This document shows positions 38,349 through 49,516 of a stretch of DNA of 64,000 nucleotides, one piece after another. Source of the DNA: an uncultured Gammaproteobacteria bacterium (lineage in GTDB: Bacteria > Pseudomonadota > Gammaproteobacteria > JAJDYQ01); assembly GCA_942491945.1 (NCBI GenBank), contig CALODD010000035.1, positions 4,110 through 68,109 of the forward strand, in the 5' to 3' direction. Under the pieces are notes generated by a model. The model did not search any database. It was not told the origin of the DNA and saw only the letters and a list, made by a program, of their open reading frames with translations. The first letter of the stretch is position 1, and each line of letters starts with the position of its first letter. The position numbers and the translations under genes were made by a program.

Positions 38349-39194
38349 ATGGTTGATGGTCAGGAAAAACAGTCTGCAGTGAGCGATTCAAAAGAGATCG
38401 GCTTTAGTTACGAAGAACAGGTCAAAAGCGACCAGTTTATTGCCTTACAGGGCCAGGTCAGTCAGTGTCTTGATGAACGCCGTGGTTTAATCGAATCACG
38501 CAATCTTTATATCAAACTCATGATTGCTTCATGGGCAATCACTGTATTTGTGGTGTTTATTTATCCTGGCATTCAGGAGTCACGACTGGAAAAGCAGGAT
38601 ATCCGAAAACAGGCGCTAAGAGCCGCCGCACAACATACCAGTTCAGCTCCACAGCGTGGCTGCAAACCTTGTGCTGATCAGACAACAGAGATATCGCCAC
38701 TCGCTTCGCCAAAAGAGTATCTGCAACACCTGGAAAAGAAACTGGGTAAATCGAAAGCAGTGCCAGCAGCCGATCTATCACCTTTAGTCACACAACAGAC
38801 ACTGCCTGCCGAATCGGAACAATCAGAGGAGAAGACCACTGTCCCAGTTCTGATTGAACAGATTGTTAAACAGACTGTATTCGAGTGGAGTATTGCCTGG
38901 GAACTACAAAACTCTGAACGCTATTTATCCTACTATGGGAAACGTTTTATTCCCGAGAATGGAACCACGTTATATAAATGGAAAAATCAACGCCGCGATA
39001 GAGTTGAAAAACCAACTTCTATTCGTATCAGGATAGATGATCTCATCGTGACTGATTTTCAGAATGGACAGGCTACTGTTGAGTTTATACAGCACTATAT
39101 GACGCCGAATTATAAGGACGTCGCGCATAAACGCATGATTTTTGTGAAAGAAGACAAGCAATGGAAAATTATTCGAGAAATTGTTCTCGGATAA
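38349..39194 (+). CDS. membrane-anchored hypothetical protein (C-terminal NTF2/Cds6-like domain suspected)
   Basis: 281 aa with one TM segment (LMIASWAITVFVVFIYPGI). The C-terminus, WSIAWELQNSERYLSYYGKRF...ATVEFIQHYMTPNYKDVAHKRMIFVKEDKQWKI, resembles SnoaL/NTF2-like folds. This is a weak call. Confidence 0.5.
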   Translation: MVDGQEKQSAVSDSKEIGFSYEEQVKSDQFIALQGQVSQCLDERRGLIESRNLYIKLMIASWAITVFVVFIYPGIQESRLEKQDIRKQALRAAAQHTSSAPQRGCKPCADQTTEISPLASPKEYLQHLEKKLGKSKAVPAADLSPLVTQQTLPAESEQSEEKTTVPVLIEQIVKQTVFEWSIAWELQNSERYLSYYGKRFIPENGTTLYKWKNQRRDRVEKPTSIRIRIDDLIVTDFQNGQATVEFIQHYMTPNYKDVAHKRMIFVKEDKQWKIIREIVLG

Positions 39195-40211
39195 TTAAGG
39201 CAGGATATTCACCTCTGGTTCCAGGTTAATTCCGAGGTGTCGAGCAACGCTTTCCTGTATATCACTCACCAGTTGCATCATGTCTTCGCCAGATGCGTGA
39301 TTATGATTTATCAGTACAAGTGCATGCTGCTCATGCACACCACAGGTCTCTCGTCGATGACCTTTCCAGCCACTTCTTTCTATCAACCAGCCAGCCGGAA
39401 CTTTAACCTGCTGATTCGGCTGAGGGTAAGCCGGCATGTCAGGATACTCTGATTTCAATTCCTGATACCGCCCTTCGGTTACAATCGGGTTCTTAAAAAA
39501 ACTCCCTGCATTCGGTAGTACCGCTGGGTCCGGTAATTTCGAAGAACGAATTTCAATGACCGTCTGTGCGACATCATGGATACTCGGGGAGGGATTGCCG
39601 GAACTTGCCAGTTTCTCAGCAATCGCACCGTAACTGGTATTTAACACATGATTCTGAGTAGTTAATGCAAAGGTCACTGACGTGATTACCCATTTGCCCT
39701 TTTCCTTGTGTTTGAAGATTGAACTTCGATAAGAAAACTCACATTCAGAGATTTTAAAACAACGTTCCTGACCATCAGAAATGCGTATCGCTTTCACTGC
39801 TATCACATGATCAGATAACTCTACACCGTACGCCCCAATGTTCTGTACAGGTGCCGCACCGACCGTACCCGGTATCAATGCCAGGTTTTCAAGCCCGCCA
39901 TAATTTTGTTCCACACACCACATCACGAACTCATGCCAGTTCTCACCGGCCATGGCGGTAACGTGGACACAATCATCCTGATGACTTTCAGAGATACCTC
40001 TCAGTTCAGGCTGCAAAACCAAACCAGTGAAAGTTGATTGCCTGAATAGCAGATTACTACCACCACCGAGGATAAGAGATGGCGTTGTTTCGGATAAAAC
40101 CTCTTGTAGATCTGAGATGTTATCTACGGAGCAATACTCTTCTGCCACACATTCAATAGCAAAGGTATTTCGCTGCTTTAATGAAACCTGTGATTCAATT
40201 TTCACTGACAT
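39195..40211 (-). CDS. murB: UDP-N-acetylenolpyruvoylglucosamine reductase
   Basis: 338 aa with an FAD-binding N-terminus (LILGGGSNLL) and a MurB C-terminal domain pattern. Confidence 0.9.
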   Translation of the reverse strand: MSVKIESQVSLKQRNTFAIECVAEEYCSVDNISDLQEVLSETTPSLILGGGSNLLFRQSTFTGLVLQPELRGISESHQDDCVHVTAMAGENWHEFVMWCVEQNYGGLENLALIPGTVGAAPVQNIGAYGVELSDHVIAVKAIRISDGQERCFKISECEFSYRSSIFKHKEKGKWVITSVTFALTTQNHVLNTSYGAIAEKLASSGNPSPSIHDVAQTVIEIRSSKLPDPAVLPNAGSFFKNPIVTEGRYQELKSEYPDMPAYPQPNQQVKVPAGWLIERSGWKGHRRETCGVHEQHALVLINHNHASGEDMMQLVSDIQESVARHLGINLEPEVNILP

Positions 40212-40229
40212 AAGTCAGAACATGACAGG

Positions 40230-42116
40230 CTACACAATAGCCTTATCACCCTTCTTCTCCAACCATGCGCGTCGATCAGATGCACGCTTCTTAGCGAGTA
40301 ACATATCCATCATACGATTCGTTTTATCACCCGCATCCAGAGTCAACTTAACCAGGCGTCGAGTATCCGGTGACATCGTCGACTCGCGCAGCTGCTTTGG
40401 ACTCATCTCACCCAGACCTTTAAAGCGAGTAATACTGATTTTACCTTTACGCTTTTCAGCTTTTATACGATCTAGAATGCCTTCACGTTCTGCCTCATCA
40501 AGCGCATAGAACACATCCTTACCAACATCGATGCGAAATAATGGCGGCATAGCGACATGCACATGACCAGCTTCGACCAGTGGTCTAAAGTGTCTGACAA
40601 ATAAAGCACAAAGTAGTGTAGCGATATGTAGGCCATCTGAATCAGCATCAGCCAAAATACAAACTTTACCGTAACGTAAGCTCTTTAAATCTCCCAACCC
40701 GGGCTCAACACCAATCGCAACTGAAATATCATGCACTTCCTGAGAAGCTAATACCTGATCCGGTGAAACCTCCCATGTATTCAGAATTTTCCCACGCAAC
40801 GGCATGATGGCCTGAAACTCTCGATCACGTGCCTGTTTCGCTGAACCACCAGCAGAGTCACCTTCTACCAGGAACAATTCGGTTCGACCTAAATCTTGCG
40901 AGCTACAGTCAGCCAGCTTACCGGGTAATGCCGGTCCGGCAGTGACGCGCTTACGAACTACCTTCTTACCCGCTTTTAATCGTTTATGTGCATTGGCAAT
41001 GGCAAGTTGTGCAATACCTTCACCAGCTTCCGGATGCTGGTTTAACCAGAGGCTGAAGGCATCTTTAACTACACCCGATACAAAGGCGGCACTCTCTCGT
41101 GAAGATAAACGTTCTTTTGTCTGACCAGAGAATTGAGGATCAGCCATTTTAATTGACAGAATGTAGCTACATTTATCCCAGACATCATCTGGTGTTATTT
41201 TCACACCGCGCGGTAACAGGTTTCGAAATTCACAGAACTCGCGAACTGCTTCTGTTAGACCAGTCCGCAAGCCATTTACATGAGTGCCACCCTGCGCAGT
41301 CGGAATTAAGTTCACATAGCTTTCAGTAATTAACTCGCCACCTTCAGGAAGCCATTGAACCGCCCAGTCTACTGCTTCTTTTTCGCCACTCAAGCTGCCA
41401 AGAAATGGTTCATCGGGAAGTACTTCGAAACCCTGTAGTGCTCCGGTTAAATAATCCTGGAGACCATCTTCGTAATACCACTCTTCTTTATCTTTACCCT
41501 TCTCATCGTGAAAACGAATCAATAAGCCGGGACATAAAACTGCCTTCGCACGAAGGACATGCTTGAGCCTGGGTAGGGAAAAATTAACCGAATCAAAATA
41601 CTTACCATCAGGCCAGAAGTGAATCGTAGTACCCGTATTTCGTTTACCGACATCTCCAACAACTTTCAGGTTCGAAGACTTCTTGCCACCCTTGAAGGTA
41701 ATCTTGTGTTCCTTGCCAGCTCGTCGAACAAATACTTCAAGGTTCTTTGACAATGCATTAACAACGGATACACCAACACCGTGGAGTCCACCAGAGAACT
41801 GATAATTCTTATCTGAAAATTTACCACCGGCATGAAGTTTGGTAAGAATAACTTCTACACCAGGGATTTTTTGTTGAGGATGGAGATCGACCGGCATACC
41901 TCGACCATCATCAATGACCTCCAGGGACCCATCTTTAAATAACGTCACATCGATTTTTTTCGCGTGCCCTGCAATCGCTTCGTCAACGCTATTATCAATC
42001 ACTTCCTGAGCAAGATGATTAGGTCGGGTGGTATCGGTATACATGCCCGGGCGTTTACGGACAGGTTCTAAACCACTTAAAACCTCGATTGCCGAGGCAT
42101 CATATTGATCTACCAT
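40230..42116 (-). CDS. parE: DNA topoisomerase IV subunit B
   Basis: 628 aa with GHKL ATPase and Toprim motifs (LEGDSAGGSAKQ, PLRGKILN). The length matches ParE rather than GyrB. Confidence 0.92.
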   Translation of the reverse strand: MVDQYDASAIEVLSGLEPVRKRPGMYTDTTRPNHLAQEVIDNSVDEAIAGHAKKIDVTLFKDGSLEVIDDGRGMPVDLHPQQKIPGVEVILTKLHAGGKFSDKNYQFSGGLHGVGVSVVNALSKNLEVFVRRAGKEHKITFKGGKKSSNLKVVGDVGKRNTGTTIHFWPDGKYFDSVNFSLPRLKHVLRAKAVLCPGLLIRFHDEKGKDKEEWYYEDGLQDYLTGALQGFEVLPDEPFLGSLSGEKEAVDWAVQWLPEGGELITESYVNLIPTAQGGTHVNGLRTGLTEAVREFCEFRNLLPRGVKITPDDVWDKCSYILSIKMADPQFSGQTKERLSSRESAAFVSGVVKDAFSLWLNQHPEAGEGIAQLAIANAHKRLKAGKKVVRKRVTAGPALPGKLADCSSQDLGRTELFLVEGDSAGGSAKQARDREFQAIMPLRGKILNTWEVSPDQVLASQEVHDISVAIGVEPGLGDLKSLRYGKVCILADADSDGLHIATLLCALFVRHFRPLVEAGHVHVAMPPLFRIDVGKDVFYALDEAEREGILDRIKAEKRKGKISITRFKGLGEMSPKQLRESTMSPDTRRLVKLTLDAGDKTNRMMDMLLAKKRASDRRAWLEKKGDKAIV

Positions 42117-42122
42117 AGTTAA

Positions 42123-42692
42123 CTAAAAGCTACGACTATCGGAAGGAATTGTATCTGGATATCTCACTCTTTCGAGTATTTCATGTTTAAGTAAGGCATT
42201 TCTATCTGAATCACACAAGTACGCGGTAATATAATCTCGTCTATAATCCAAACCAGTCCCACCCCGCTGCTTTACCACTTTCCATTGAGGTTCTGATAAC
42301 TCATAAAAAGTGCCTTTTCCCGTTCCATAGGCATAGGTGACATACTCCCTAGTATCACAACGAAAGCCTTCGAAAAATACATTTTGATATCCGCTTCTGG
42401 ACACAATAACACTTGTTACTCGCACTGCCACCTGGTCTATCCCAATTTGGATTGAATCTGGATCTATGTAGTAGTCAAAAACAGCATCAGGCGTATCCAC
42501 ATGCACCTTCAATAACTTATTATTTACAGGGTATGCTGGTAAATCTATAACATCTTCGCGAAACTCCCATTCTTTGATATTTTTTGTATCGACAATGCCA
42601 TCTATCTCTAGATCTTTAAGATGTTCGTTTGTTTGCAGGTAAGCTACGCTGGGTACAAAAAGCAAAAAAGAGAATACAAACAAGTATCTCAC
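42123..42692 (-). CDS. CNP1-like periplasmic protein (unknown function)
   Basis: 189 aa with a signal peptide. The FEGFRCDTREYVTYAYG pattern is recalled from the CNP1-like family. Moderate certainty. Confidence 0.5.
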   Translation of the reverse strand: MRYLFVFSFLLFVPSVAYLQTNEHLKDLEIDGIVDTKNIKEWEFREDVIDLPAYPVNNKLLKVHVDTPDAVFDYYIDPDSIQIGIDQVAVRVTSVIVSRSGYQNVFFEGFRCDTREYVTYAYGTGKGTFYELSEPQWKVVKQRGGTGLDYRRDYITAYLCDSDRNALLKHEILERVRYPDTIPSDSRSF

Positions 42693-42774
42693 TGACGTTC
42701 CCCACTATTACAACGCACATAGACTAGTACGCCTAGCCGTGGACAGCAAGCGCTATCAGTTGTTGAAACAGAGT

Positions 42775-43359
42775 CTACGAAAGGTCTGCTGTCAAAGATT
42801 CTCGTATAGAAGCAGACACAGGCGTCACGACTTGCGCATAATTTGCCAGATCACTACCCATATTCAGACCTGCGCCATTCTTTAACGATTCCACCATACC
42901 CGCATCCAGCTCAAAACGAGAAAAATGAACAGCTGAAGTCTTACCATCCTCAGTACGTTCCAGGTCTTCATCAGATATCGCGAAACTCTTATCGTGCCCC
43001 TCGACCTGAACCCAGACCTGATCTTCGATACCCACCAGTTGAGTCAGTGCCTGTTTACGCTCTTCGACATCGTCGTATTCGATCATCATGGTTGCCTTAA
43101 AATTTGTACCATCTGGGATTAGTGGGTTGTAAGCATCTAGCTCTTCCTGAATTCCATCCGCCTCAAAGATTTTTTCGATACGCAACATTTCCTGAATCTG
43201 ATAGTGCATCGTCAGGCGATCTTCAAAATAAAGCGCCAGATGCTCGCCAATTCGGACATGACGATTTTGTTTATGTGCCAATACTTCTGCACGAAACTCC
43301 GCACGTTTTTCAGAGTACTCTTCCAGGCTAAACAGGTCTGCTCTTGTTAATTTTTCCAT
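42775..43359 (-). CDS. DUF3501-family protein
   Basis: 194 aa. Its position downstream of a CCG-domain Fe-S protein and a rubrerythrin is a recurrent triad as I recall it. Confidence 0.6.
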   Translation of the reverse strand: MEKLTRADLFSLEEYSEKRAEFRAEVLAHKQNRHVRIGEHLALYFEDRLTMHYQIQEMLRIEKIFEADGIQEELDAYNPLIPDGTNFKATMMIEYDDVEERKQALTQLVGIEDQVWVQVEGHDKSFAISDEDLERTEDGKTSAVHFSRFELDAGMVESLKNGAGLNMGSDLANYAQVVTPVSASIRESLTADLS

Positions 43360-43368
43360 TATTCTTCC

Positions 43369-44703
43369 TTAAATTCCGTATGCCTGCCGTAGTAGTGATA
43401 TTGGGGTCTCTGCCGCCATACCATCTTCCATGCCATTCTGTATTTGCGCTCCAGCCATCGGACAATCACTACCATAGTGATCAGCTTCCGCGCGTTGTAC
43501 CTGACTGATTATCGGGCGACAGATCCTTTTTGAGATTTCGTGAAACTCTTTCTTCACGGCGTAAGTTCCATCGTGTCCGGAGCAACGCTCAATCATTTTC
43601 ACCTGAGTATCCTGAATCAATTCCAGAATCTCCCGTGTTTTTGGACCAATTTTCTGCACACGTTGATGACAGGCCGCATGGTAAGCCACATTACCGAGGG
43701 AAGTTTTAAAATCAGTTTTCAGTGCGCCCTCTTTATGACGCAGCATTAAATATTCGAATGGATCGTAGATCGCCTGACTCACCTTAATCACGTCAGGATC
43801 ATCCGGAAACATCAGCGGTAATTCCTGTTTAAACATCAAAACGCAAGACGGCACTGGCGCCATGATATCCCAGCCTTCATCAACCAGTTTCGATAACATG
43901 GGAATATTTGTGTTTTTAGCAGCTTCCACTGAGTCCAGATCACCCAGCTCCAGCTTCGGCATTCCGCAGCATTGTTCTTTATCGGCCAGTTTCACAACCA
44001 CATCGTTGTGCTGCAAAACTTTGATTAAATCTTCACCTAACTCTGGATCGTTGTGATTGGCATAGCAGGTGGCAAAGATCGCAATCTTACCTGTGGTCTC
44101 GCCTGCTGGTTTTACTGCCGACTCATCAACAGACATTCCCTTAGCACGCTTACGTAATGTCTTGCTGTGATATTCAGGAACAACGGCATCCTTGTGAATA
44201 CCCAGTACATTCTCTGTGATACCACGCATGGCCTTGCTCTTATTGGCTGCGTTACCAATCTGATTAATAACTGGAATACCCATGAATGAACCCATGGTAT
44301 CGGTCGAAGACAGCATGTTGTCGCGGAACGATACACCCTCTTTCTTAAATTTGACCGCTTTGGCTCTAAGCATGAGGTGAGGAAAATCGACATTCCACTC
44401 GTGCGGTGGCACATAAGGGCATTTGGTTAAGTAACAAAGATCACATAGATAGCAATGATCGACGACCTTGATGTAATCTTTCTTATCAACACCATCGACT
44501 TCCATGGTTTCCGACTCATCAACCAGATCGAACAAGGTCGGAAATGAATTACACAGGCTCACACAGCGGCGACAGCCATGACAAATGTCATAAACGCGTT
44601 CTAACTCCGCGTTAAGCTTGTCTTCATCCCAGAAATCCGGGTTTTTCCAGTCCAGGGCGTGGCGTGTGGGTGCTTCGAGTGAACCTTCTTGTATATGTGC
44701 CAT
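43369..44703 (-). CDS. heterodisulfide-reductase-related (Fe-S)-binding protein with CCG domains (GlpC/HdrD-like)
   Basis: 444 aa with ferredoxin-type clusters (CHGCRRCVSLC, CYLCDLCYLTKCP) and C-terminal Cys-rich CCG motifs (QCCGMP, CSGHDG). Confidence 0.8.
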   Translation of the reverse strand: MAHIQEGSLEAPTRHALDWKNPDFWDEDKLNAELERVYDICHGCRRCVSLCNSFPTLFDLVDESETMEVDGVDKKDYIKVVDHCYLCDLCYLTKCPYVPPHEWNVDFPHLMLRAKAVKFKKEGVSFRDNMLSSTDTMGSFMGIPVINQIGNAANKSKAMRGITENVLGIHKDAVVPEYHSKTLRKRAKGMSVDESAVKPAGETTGKIAIFATCYANHNDPELGEDLIKVLQHNDVVVKLADKEQCCGMPKLELGDLDSVEAAKNTNIPMLSKLVDEGWDIMAPVPSCVLMFKQELPLMFPDDPDVIKVSQAIYDPFEYLMLRHKEGALKTDFKTSLGNVAYHAACHQRVQKIGPKTREILELIQDTQVKMIERCSGHDGTYAVKKEFHEISKRICRPIISQVQRAEADHYGSDCPMAGAQIQNGMEDGMAAETPISLLRQAYGI

Positions 44704-44790
44704 TGGGGTATGCGCTATTTATTTGATCTCTAATGACGTAGAAATCAGAGAGCGATTAACTCGCCCTCTGAAATCCGACAAACAACCTGG

Positions 44791-45210
44791 TTAACCGTCC
44801 AGGCCGTCCAGAGCTTTCTGGAAGCGGTTAGCGTGAGAACGCTCAGCCTTAGCCAGAGTCTCAAACCAGTCAGCAATCTCGTCGAAATTTTCGTCACGAG
44901 CTGTCTTTGCCATGCCAGGATACATATCAGTGTACTCATGAGTTTCACCAGCAATGGAAGCCTTCAGGTTATCTGAAGTGCCACCGATTGGCAGACCAGT
45001 TGCTGGATCGCCTGTCTCTTCCAGGTATTCCAGATGACCGTGTGCGTGGCCAGTTTCGCCTTCAGCGGTTGAACGGAAAACAGCAGCAACATCGTTATAG
45101 CCTTCAACATCAGCTTTTGCTGCGAAGTACAGGTAACGACGGTTAGCCTGAGATTCGCCTGCGAAAGCGTCCTTCAGGTTCTGTTCTGTATTACTATCTT
45201 TCAGACCCAT
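44791..45210 (-). CDS. rubrerythrin-family diiron protein (no rubredoxin domain)
   Basis: Contains ExxH diiron ligand patterns ([39 protein letters not shown]). GGAGAGGA precedes the ATG at 45210. Confidence 0.85.
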   Translation of the reverse strand: MGLKDSNTEQNLKDAFAGESQANRRYLYFAAKADVEGYNDVAAVFRSTAEGETGHAHGHLEYLEETGDPATGLPIGGTSDNLKASIAGETHEYTDMYPGMAKTARDENFDEIADWFETLAKAERSHANRFQKALDGLDG

Positions 45211-45355
45211 GGTCCTCTCCATTTTATTAATAGAAATTTCGAAATTCCTAATCCGACAGGATCAAATCGTCCCATCGAACAGGCGCTGACATATCTATCA
45301 GCTGAGTCGAACTTTAGGCGTCGACCAGTAATTATTCAATTCAATTTTCTTCGCC

Positions 45356-45386
45356 GAATGATTCATTTTTACGAATAATCATTTGC
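45356..45386. promoter_or_regulatory. Fur/PerR-box-like AT-rich repeat upstream of rubrerythrin
   Basis: The sequence is GAATGATTCATTTTTACGAATAATCATTTGC. The segment TTTACGAATAATCATTTGC matches about 12 of 19 positions of the GATAATGATAATCATTATC consensus by eye. Weak. Confidence 0.25.
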
Positions 45387-45478
45387 TGACATTTTAATAT
45401 GAAAAAACCAACAGTCATTGACCGGCCGCACTGAAATCGCTACGGTTGCGCACCACGTGAAAGCGCACAGGTTTTAGC

Positions 45479-45727
45479 ATGCCCGCAAAGAAAAAAACGG
45501 CCTCCGCCCCCGATTTTGAACAGTCCATGAACGAGCTGGAAGAACTAGTCGAAGCCATGGAATCAGGAAAGCTGAGCCTTGAGCAGTCTATGGAACACTT
45601 TGAGCGCGGTATCAAGCTTACAAAGAACTGCCAGAAATCTCTCACAGAGGCAGAGCAGCGCGTACAGATCCTAATGAAAGAAGCCGGCCAGGAAAAGCTG
45701 GTCGATTTCGAGCCAGACGAAGAATAA
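45479..45727 (+). CDS. xseB: exodeoxyribonuclease VII small subunit
   Basis: 82 aa. The FEQSMNELEELVEAMESGKLSLEQSMEHFERGIKL pattern is present, and the canonical xseB-ispA-dxs order follows. Confidence 0.9.
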   Translation: MPAKKKTASAPDFEQSMNELEELVEAMESGKLSLEQSMEHFERGIKLTKNCQKSLTEAEQRVQILMKEAGQEKLVDFEPDEE

Positions 45728-45729
45728 GA

Positions 45730-46617
45730 ATGGCAGATTTCAAAATCTTTATGCGTGACAGCCAGTCACGCGTTGAACAGGCGCTTGCCGGTTATTTACC
45801 CGCTGCTGATACGATTCCGAACCAGCTCCATGAAGCCATGCGCTATTCCACGCTGGATGGGGGGAAACGTGTACGCCCAATGTTGGTGTATGCAGCAGGC
45901 CAGGCCGTCAGCGCTGACGATAATATGCTTAACGCATCTGCCTGCGCCATCGAGATGATCCATGTCTATTCACTCATCCATGATGACCTCCCCGCTATGG
46001 ATGATGATGATTTACGTCGGGGGCGTCCGACCTGTCACAAAGCCTTTGATGATGCGACCGCTATTCTGGCCGGTGACTCCTTACAGCCATTAGCCTTTGA
46101 AATAATCTCCCGAGAAACAAATCTCGCAGCCGAAAGTCGAATCCGGATTATTCAAACACTCGCTCATGCCAGTGGCTCAATCGGTATGGCCGGTGGGCAG
46201 GCGATTGACCTGGAATCTGAAGGCAAACAATTATCTCTGGATCAACTCGAAGAAATGCACAGTAAAAAAACCGGTGCATTAATCCGAGCTGCAATCCAGA
46301 TGGGCGCCTTGTGCGATCCCAATATTAGCGATGATGATCTTGAGGCACTGGACACCTTTGGCCGAAGCATAGGACTTGCCTTTCAAATCCAGGACGACAT
46401 CCTCGATGAAACGGCAGATACGGAAAAACTGGGTAAGCCGCAAGGTTCAGATAGAGAAAAAGACAAGTCGACATTTATATCGCTCTGTGGCCTGGATGAA
46501 TCACGACAACGGGCGAACGACTTGCTGAAACAGGCCATCGACGCACTTAAACCTTTGCAAGGTGATACCAACCAGCTTGTAAATCTGGCGAACTATATTG
46601 TTCAGAGAGACTATTAA
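45730..46617 (+). CDS. ispA: farnesyl diphosphate synthase
   Basis: Contains two Asp-rich motifs (HDDLPAMDDDDLRRG and FQIQDDILD). Confidence 0.92.
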   Translation: MADFKIFMRDSQSRVEQALAGYLPAADTIPNQLHEAMRYSTLDGGKRVRPMLVYAAGQAVSADDNMLNASACAIEMIHVYSLIHDDLPAMDDDDLRRGRPTCHKAFDDATAILAGDSLQPLAFEIISRETNLAAESRIRIIQTLAHASGSIGMAGGQAIDLESEGKQLSLDQLEEMHSKKTGALIRAAIQMGALCDPNISDDDLEALDTFGRSIGLAFQIQDDILDETADTEKLGKPQGSDREKDKSTFISLCGLDESRQRANDLLKQAIDALKPLQGDTNQLVNLANYIVQRDY

Positions 46618-46711
46618 GCAGCAAAATTCCACCTAATATTGCCTGTTTCTATACCCATTATTAGCACATTCTGATGATGCAATTCTCAGCGTAGTAACCG
46701 ATAATCCGCCT

Positions 46712-48589
46712 ATGAGTGCCTACCCCCTATTATCCCAGGTTGATTCACCGGCAGATCTGAGAAAGTTCTCAGAGGACGAGCTCATCCAGCTCGCTGATGA
46801 ATTACGCCAGTACCTGATCGAAACAGTCTCCAGCTGTGGTGGGCATTTTGGTGCCGGGCTTGGGACAATCGAACTTACCGTGGCATTGCATTACGTATTT
46901 AACTCGCCTGATGACCGCCTGGTCTGGGATGTTGGTCATCAGAGTTACCCACACAAAGTCCTTACCGGACGCCGTGACCAGCTCGGCACGATTCGTAAAA
47001 AAGATGGATTAACACCATTCCCTAAGCGTAAAGAAAGTGAATTCGATACCTTCGGCGTCGGACACTCAAGCACGTCTATTGGCGCAGCGCTCGGCATGGC
47101 CGTCGCAGGCGAACAACAAGGACTGGATAGAAAGTATGTTGCCGTCATCGGCGATGGTGCAATGTCAGCCGGAATGGCTTTCGAGGCCTTAAACCATTGT
47201 GGAGATATTCAGGCAGATTTGCTCACTGTATTGAACGACAATGAGATGTCGATCTCCCCCAACGTGGGCGCTCTCTCCAAATACTTTACTCGTATCCTTT
47301 CGGGCAAAACTTATTCCAGTATGCGTGAAGGTAGTAAAAAGCTACTGGAAATTGTTCCTCCGATGTGGGAAATCGCCAAACGTGCTGAAGAACATATGAA
47401 AGGCATGGTTTCCCCCGGAACTTTATTTGAAGAACTGGACATCAGTTATTTTGGTCCAATTGACGGTCATGACCTGCCTACCTTGATCAAAACTCTGCAA
47501 AACCTGAAAGAACACAAAGGCCCGCGTATCCTGCACATCATCACCAAGAAAGGTAAAGGCTACTCACGTGCTGAACAGAATCCTGTAACTTATCATGGTG
47601 TTACACCATTCGACCCATCCACAGGTATCAAAAAAGGAACGTCACCATCTGCGCCAACCTATACACAGGTCTTTGGTAGCTGGCTATGCGATATGGCTGC
47701 AGCCGATAAAAAACTCATCGGTATAACCCCGGCTATGCGTGAAGGCTCAGGCCTGGTTGAATTTTCCCAGAAATTTCCAGAGCGTTATTATGATGTCGCC
47801 ATTGCCGAACAGCATGCGCTTATCTTTGCGGCGGGTCTGGCCTGCGACGGCATGAAGCCCGTGGTCGCGATTTACTCGACGTTTCTGCAACGCGCCTATG
47901 ACCAGCTCGCTCATGATATCGATCTGCAAAACCTGAATGTCCTGTTCGCCATTGATCGCGCAGGCGTTGTCGGCCCAGATGGCCCAACCCATGCCGGCAC
48001 GTTCGATTACAGCTTTATGCGCTGCCTGCCAAATATGGTGATTATGGCGCCAGCCAATGAAAACGAGTGTCGTCAGATGTTGAGCACCGGCTTTCAACAC
48101 ACTGGGCCAGCAGCTGTTCGCTATCCACGTGGAAAAGGCCCAGGCGCAGAAGTCGAAAATAATCTGGAAACCATCGAGATAGGCAAAGCCGAACTGATTA
48201 TACAGGGCCATGGCATCGCAATTCTTGCCTTTGGCACCATGGTTCCCGCAGCCCAACAGGCTGCAAACAGTCTTGATGCTACGCTGGTCAATATGCGTTT
48301 TGTAAAACCCATGGATGAAGAGATCATTCGAAAAATGGCCGAATCACATGATGTCCTGGTGACTATCGAAGAAAACTCAATTCAGGGCGGGGCTGGTAGC
48401 GCTGTCGCCGAATTCCTAAATCAGGAAGGCATAACCACACCTCTGGTTCAGCATGGGTTGCCCAATCAATACATTGAACATGCCGAACGAGAAGAACAAC
48501 TGGCCCAGTGCCAACTTGATCCAAAAGGGATAGAAGACTTCCTGAGAAAATACCAAACAGGGTCAATTGCCAAATCTGCCGCACTCTAA
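46712..48589 (+). CDS. dxs: 1-deoxy-D-xylulose-5-phosphate synthase
   Basis: 625 aa with a GDG thiamine-diphosphate motif ([16 protein letters not shown]) and the transketolase-like architecture. Confidence 0.95.
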   Translation: MSAYPLLSQVDSPADLRKFSEDELIQLADELRQYLIETVSSCGGHFGAGLGTIELTVALHYVFNSPDDRLVWDVGHQSYPHKVLTGRRDQLGTIRKKDGLTPFPKRKESEFDTFGVGHSSTSIGAALGMAVAGEQQGLDRKYVAVIGDGAMSAGMAFEALNHCGDIQADLLTVLNDNEMSISPNVGALSKYFTRILSGKTYSSMREGSKKLLEIVPPMWEIAKRAEEHMKGMVSPGTLFEELDISYFGPIDGHDLPTLIKTLQNLKEHKGPRILHIITKKGKGYSRAEQNPVTYHGVTPFDPSTGIKKGTSPSAPTYTQVFGSWLCDMAAADKKLIGITPAMREGSGLVEFSQKFPERYYDVAIAEQHALIFAAGLACDGMKPVVAIYSTFLQRAYDQLAHDIDLQNLNVLFAIDRAGVVGPDGPTHAGTFDYSFMRCLPNMVIMAPANENECRQMLSTGFQHTGPAAVRYPRGKGPGAEVENNLETIEIGKAELIIQGHGIAILAFGTMVPAAQQAANSLDATLVNMRFVKPMDEEIIRKMAESHDVLVTIEENSIQGGAGSAVAEFLNQEGITTPLVQHGLPNQYIEHAEREEQLAQCQLDPKGIEDFLRKYQTGSIAKSAAL

Positions 48590-48670
48590 TATGCTTCGCG
48601 GCCTAATTACCTACTAAAATACTCAGGTATTACGAGTATATCGACGAGCTGTAACCCATTGGACAAATCC

Positions 48671-49486
48671 ATGTTAGACAAGACCAAAGACGAACTGCCC
48701 AGCATTGCGGACGTTCAGCAAAGCGCGGACACGCGTCAAATCGCGATCGATAAGGTCGGAATCAAAGATATTCGCCATCCGGTCAAGGTTCGTGATCGTT
48801 CTGGTGGTGATCAGCACACCGTTGCGACGTTTAATATGTATGTCGATCTGCCAAAGCAGTTCAAAGGCACACATATGTCCCGTTTCGTAAATATTTTGAA
48901 TCAACACGAACGTGAAATTACTGTTAAATCCTTCAAGGACATGCTGCACGAAGTAACTGATCTACTGGAAGCAGAGTCAGGCCACATCGAGATGACTTTC
49001 CCGTACTTTGTGAACAAAAAAGCACCCGTATCGGGCGTCGAGAGCCTGCTGGATTACGAGGTCACATTTAACGGTGCGAAGATCAATAACGAAATTTGTC
49101 TGAATATCAAAGTCGTCGTCCCGGTTACCAGCCTGTGTCCCTGCTCAAAGAAGATATCTGAATACGGTGCACATAATCAGCGCTCCCATGTAACCGTTGA
49201 TGTCTGCGCCAAAGATTTCATCTGGATTGAAGAAATCATCGACCTCGTTGAAGAAGAAGCATCCTGCGAACTATATGGCCTGCTTAAACGCCCAGATGAG
49301 AAGTATGTAACTGAACGCGCTTACGATAATCCAAAGTTTGTTGAAGACATGGTACGTGACGTAGCAGCGCGCTTGAACAATGACGATCGTATCGTGAAAT
49401 ACGTTGTTGAATCAGAGAATTTTGAATCGATCCACAACCATTCGGCATACGCACTCATCGAAAGAGACAAACGCCAGGACGATTAA
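48671..49486 (+). CDS. folE2: GTP cyclohydrolase I type 2 (FolE2 / GCYH-IB)
   Basis: Contains the FolE2-family patterns [16 protein letters not shown] and SLCPCSK. The first ATG is at 48671; the track start at 48659 is a TTG. Confidence 0.85.
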   Translation: MLDKTKDELPSIADVQQSADTRQIAIDKVGIKDIRHPVKVRDRSGGDQHTVATFNMYVDLPKQFKGTHMSRFVNILNQHEREITVKSFKDMLHEVTDLLEAESGHIEMTFPYFVNKKAPVSGVESLLDYEVTFNGAKINNEICLNIKVVVPVTSLCPCSKKISEYGAHNQRSHVTVDVCAKDFIWIEEIIDLVEEEASCELYGLLKRPDEKYVTERAYDNPKFVEDMVRDVAARLNNDDRIVKYVVESENFESIHNHSAYALIERDKRQDD

Positions 49487-49516
49487 ATCAAAAGCGATTA
49501 ATCTGCGGGCGGGTAA

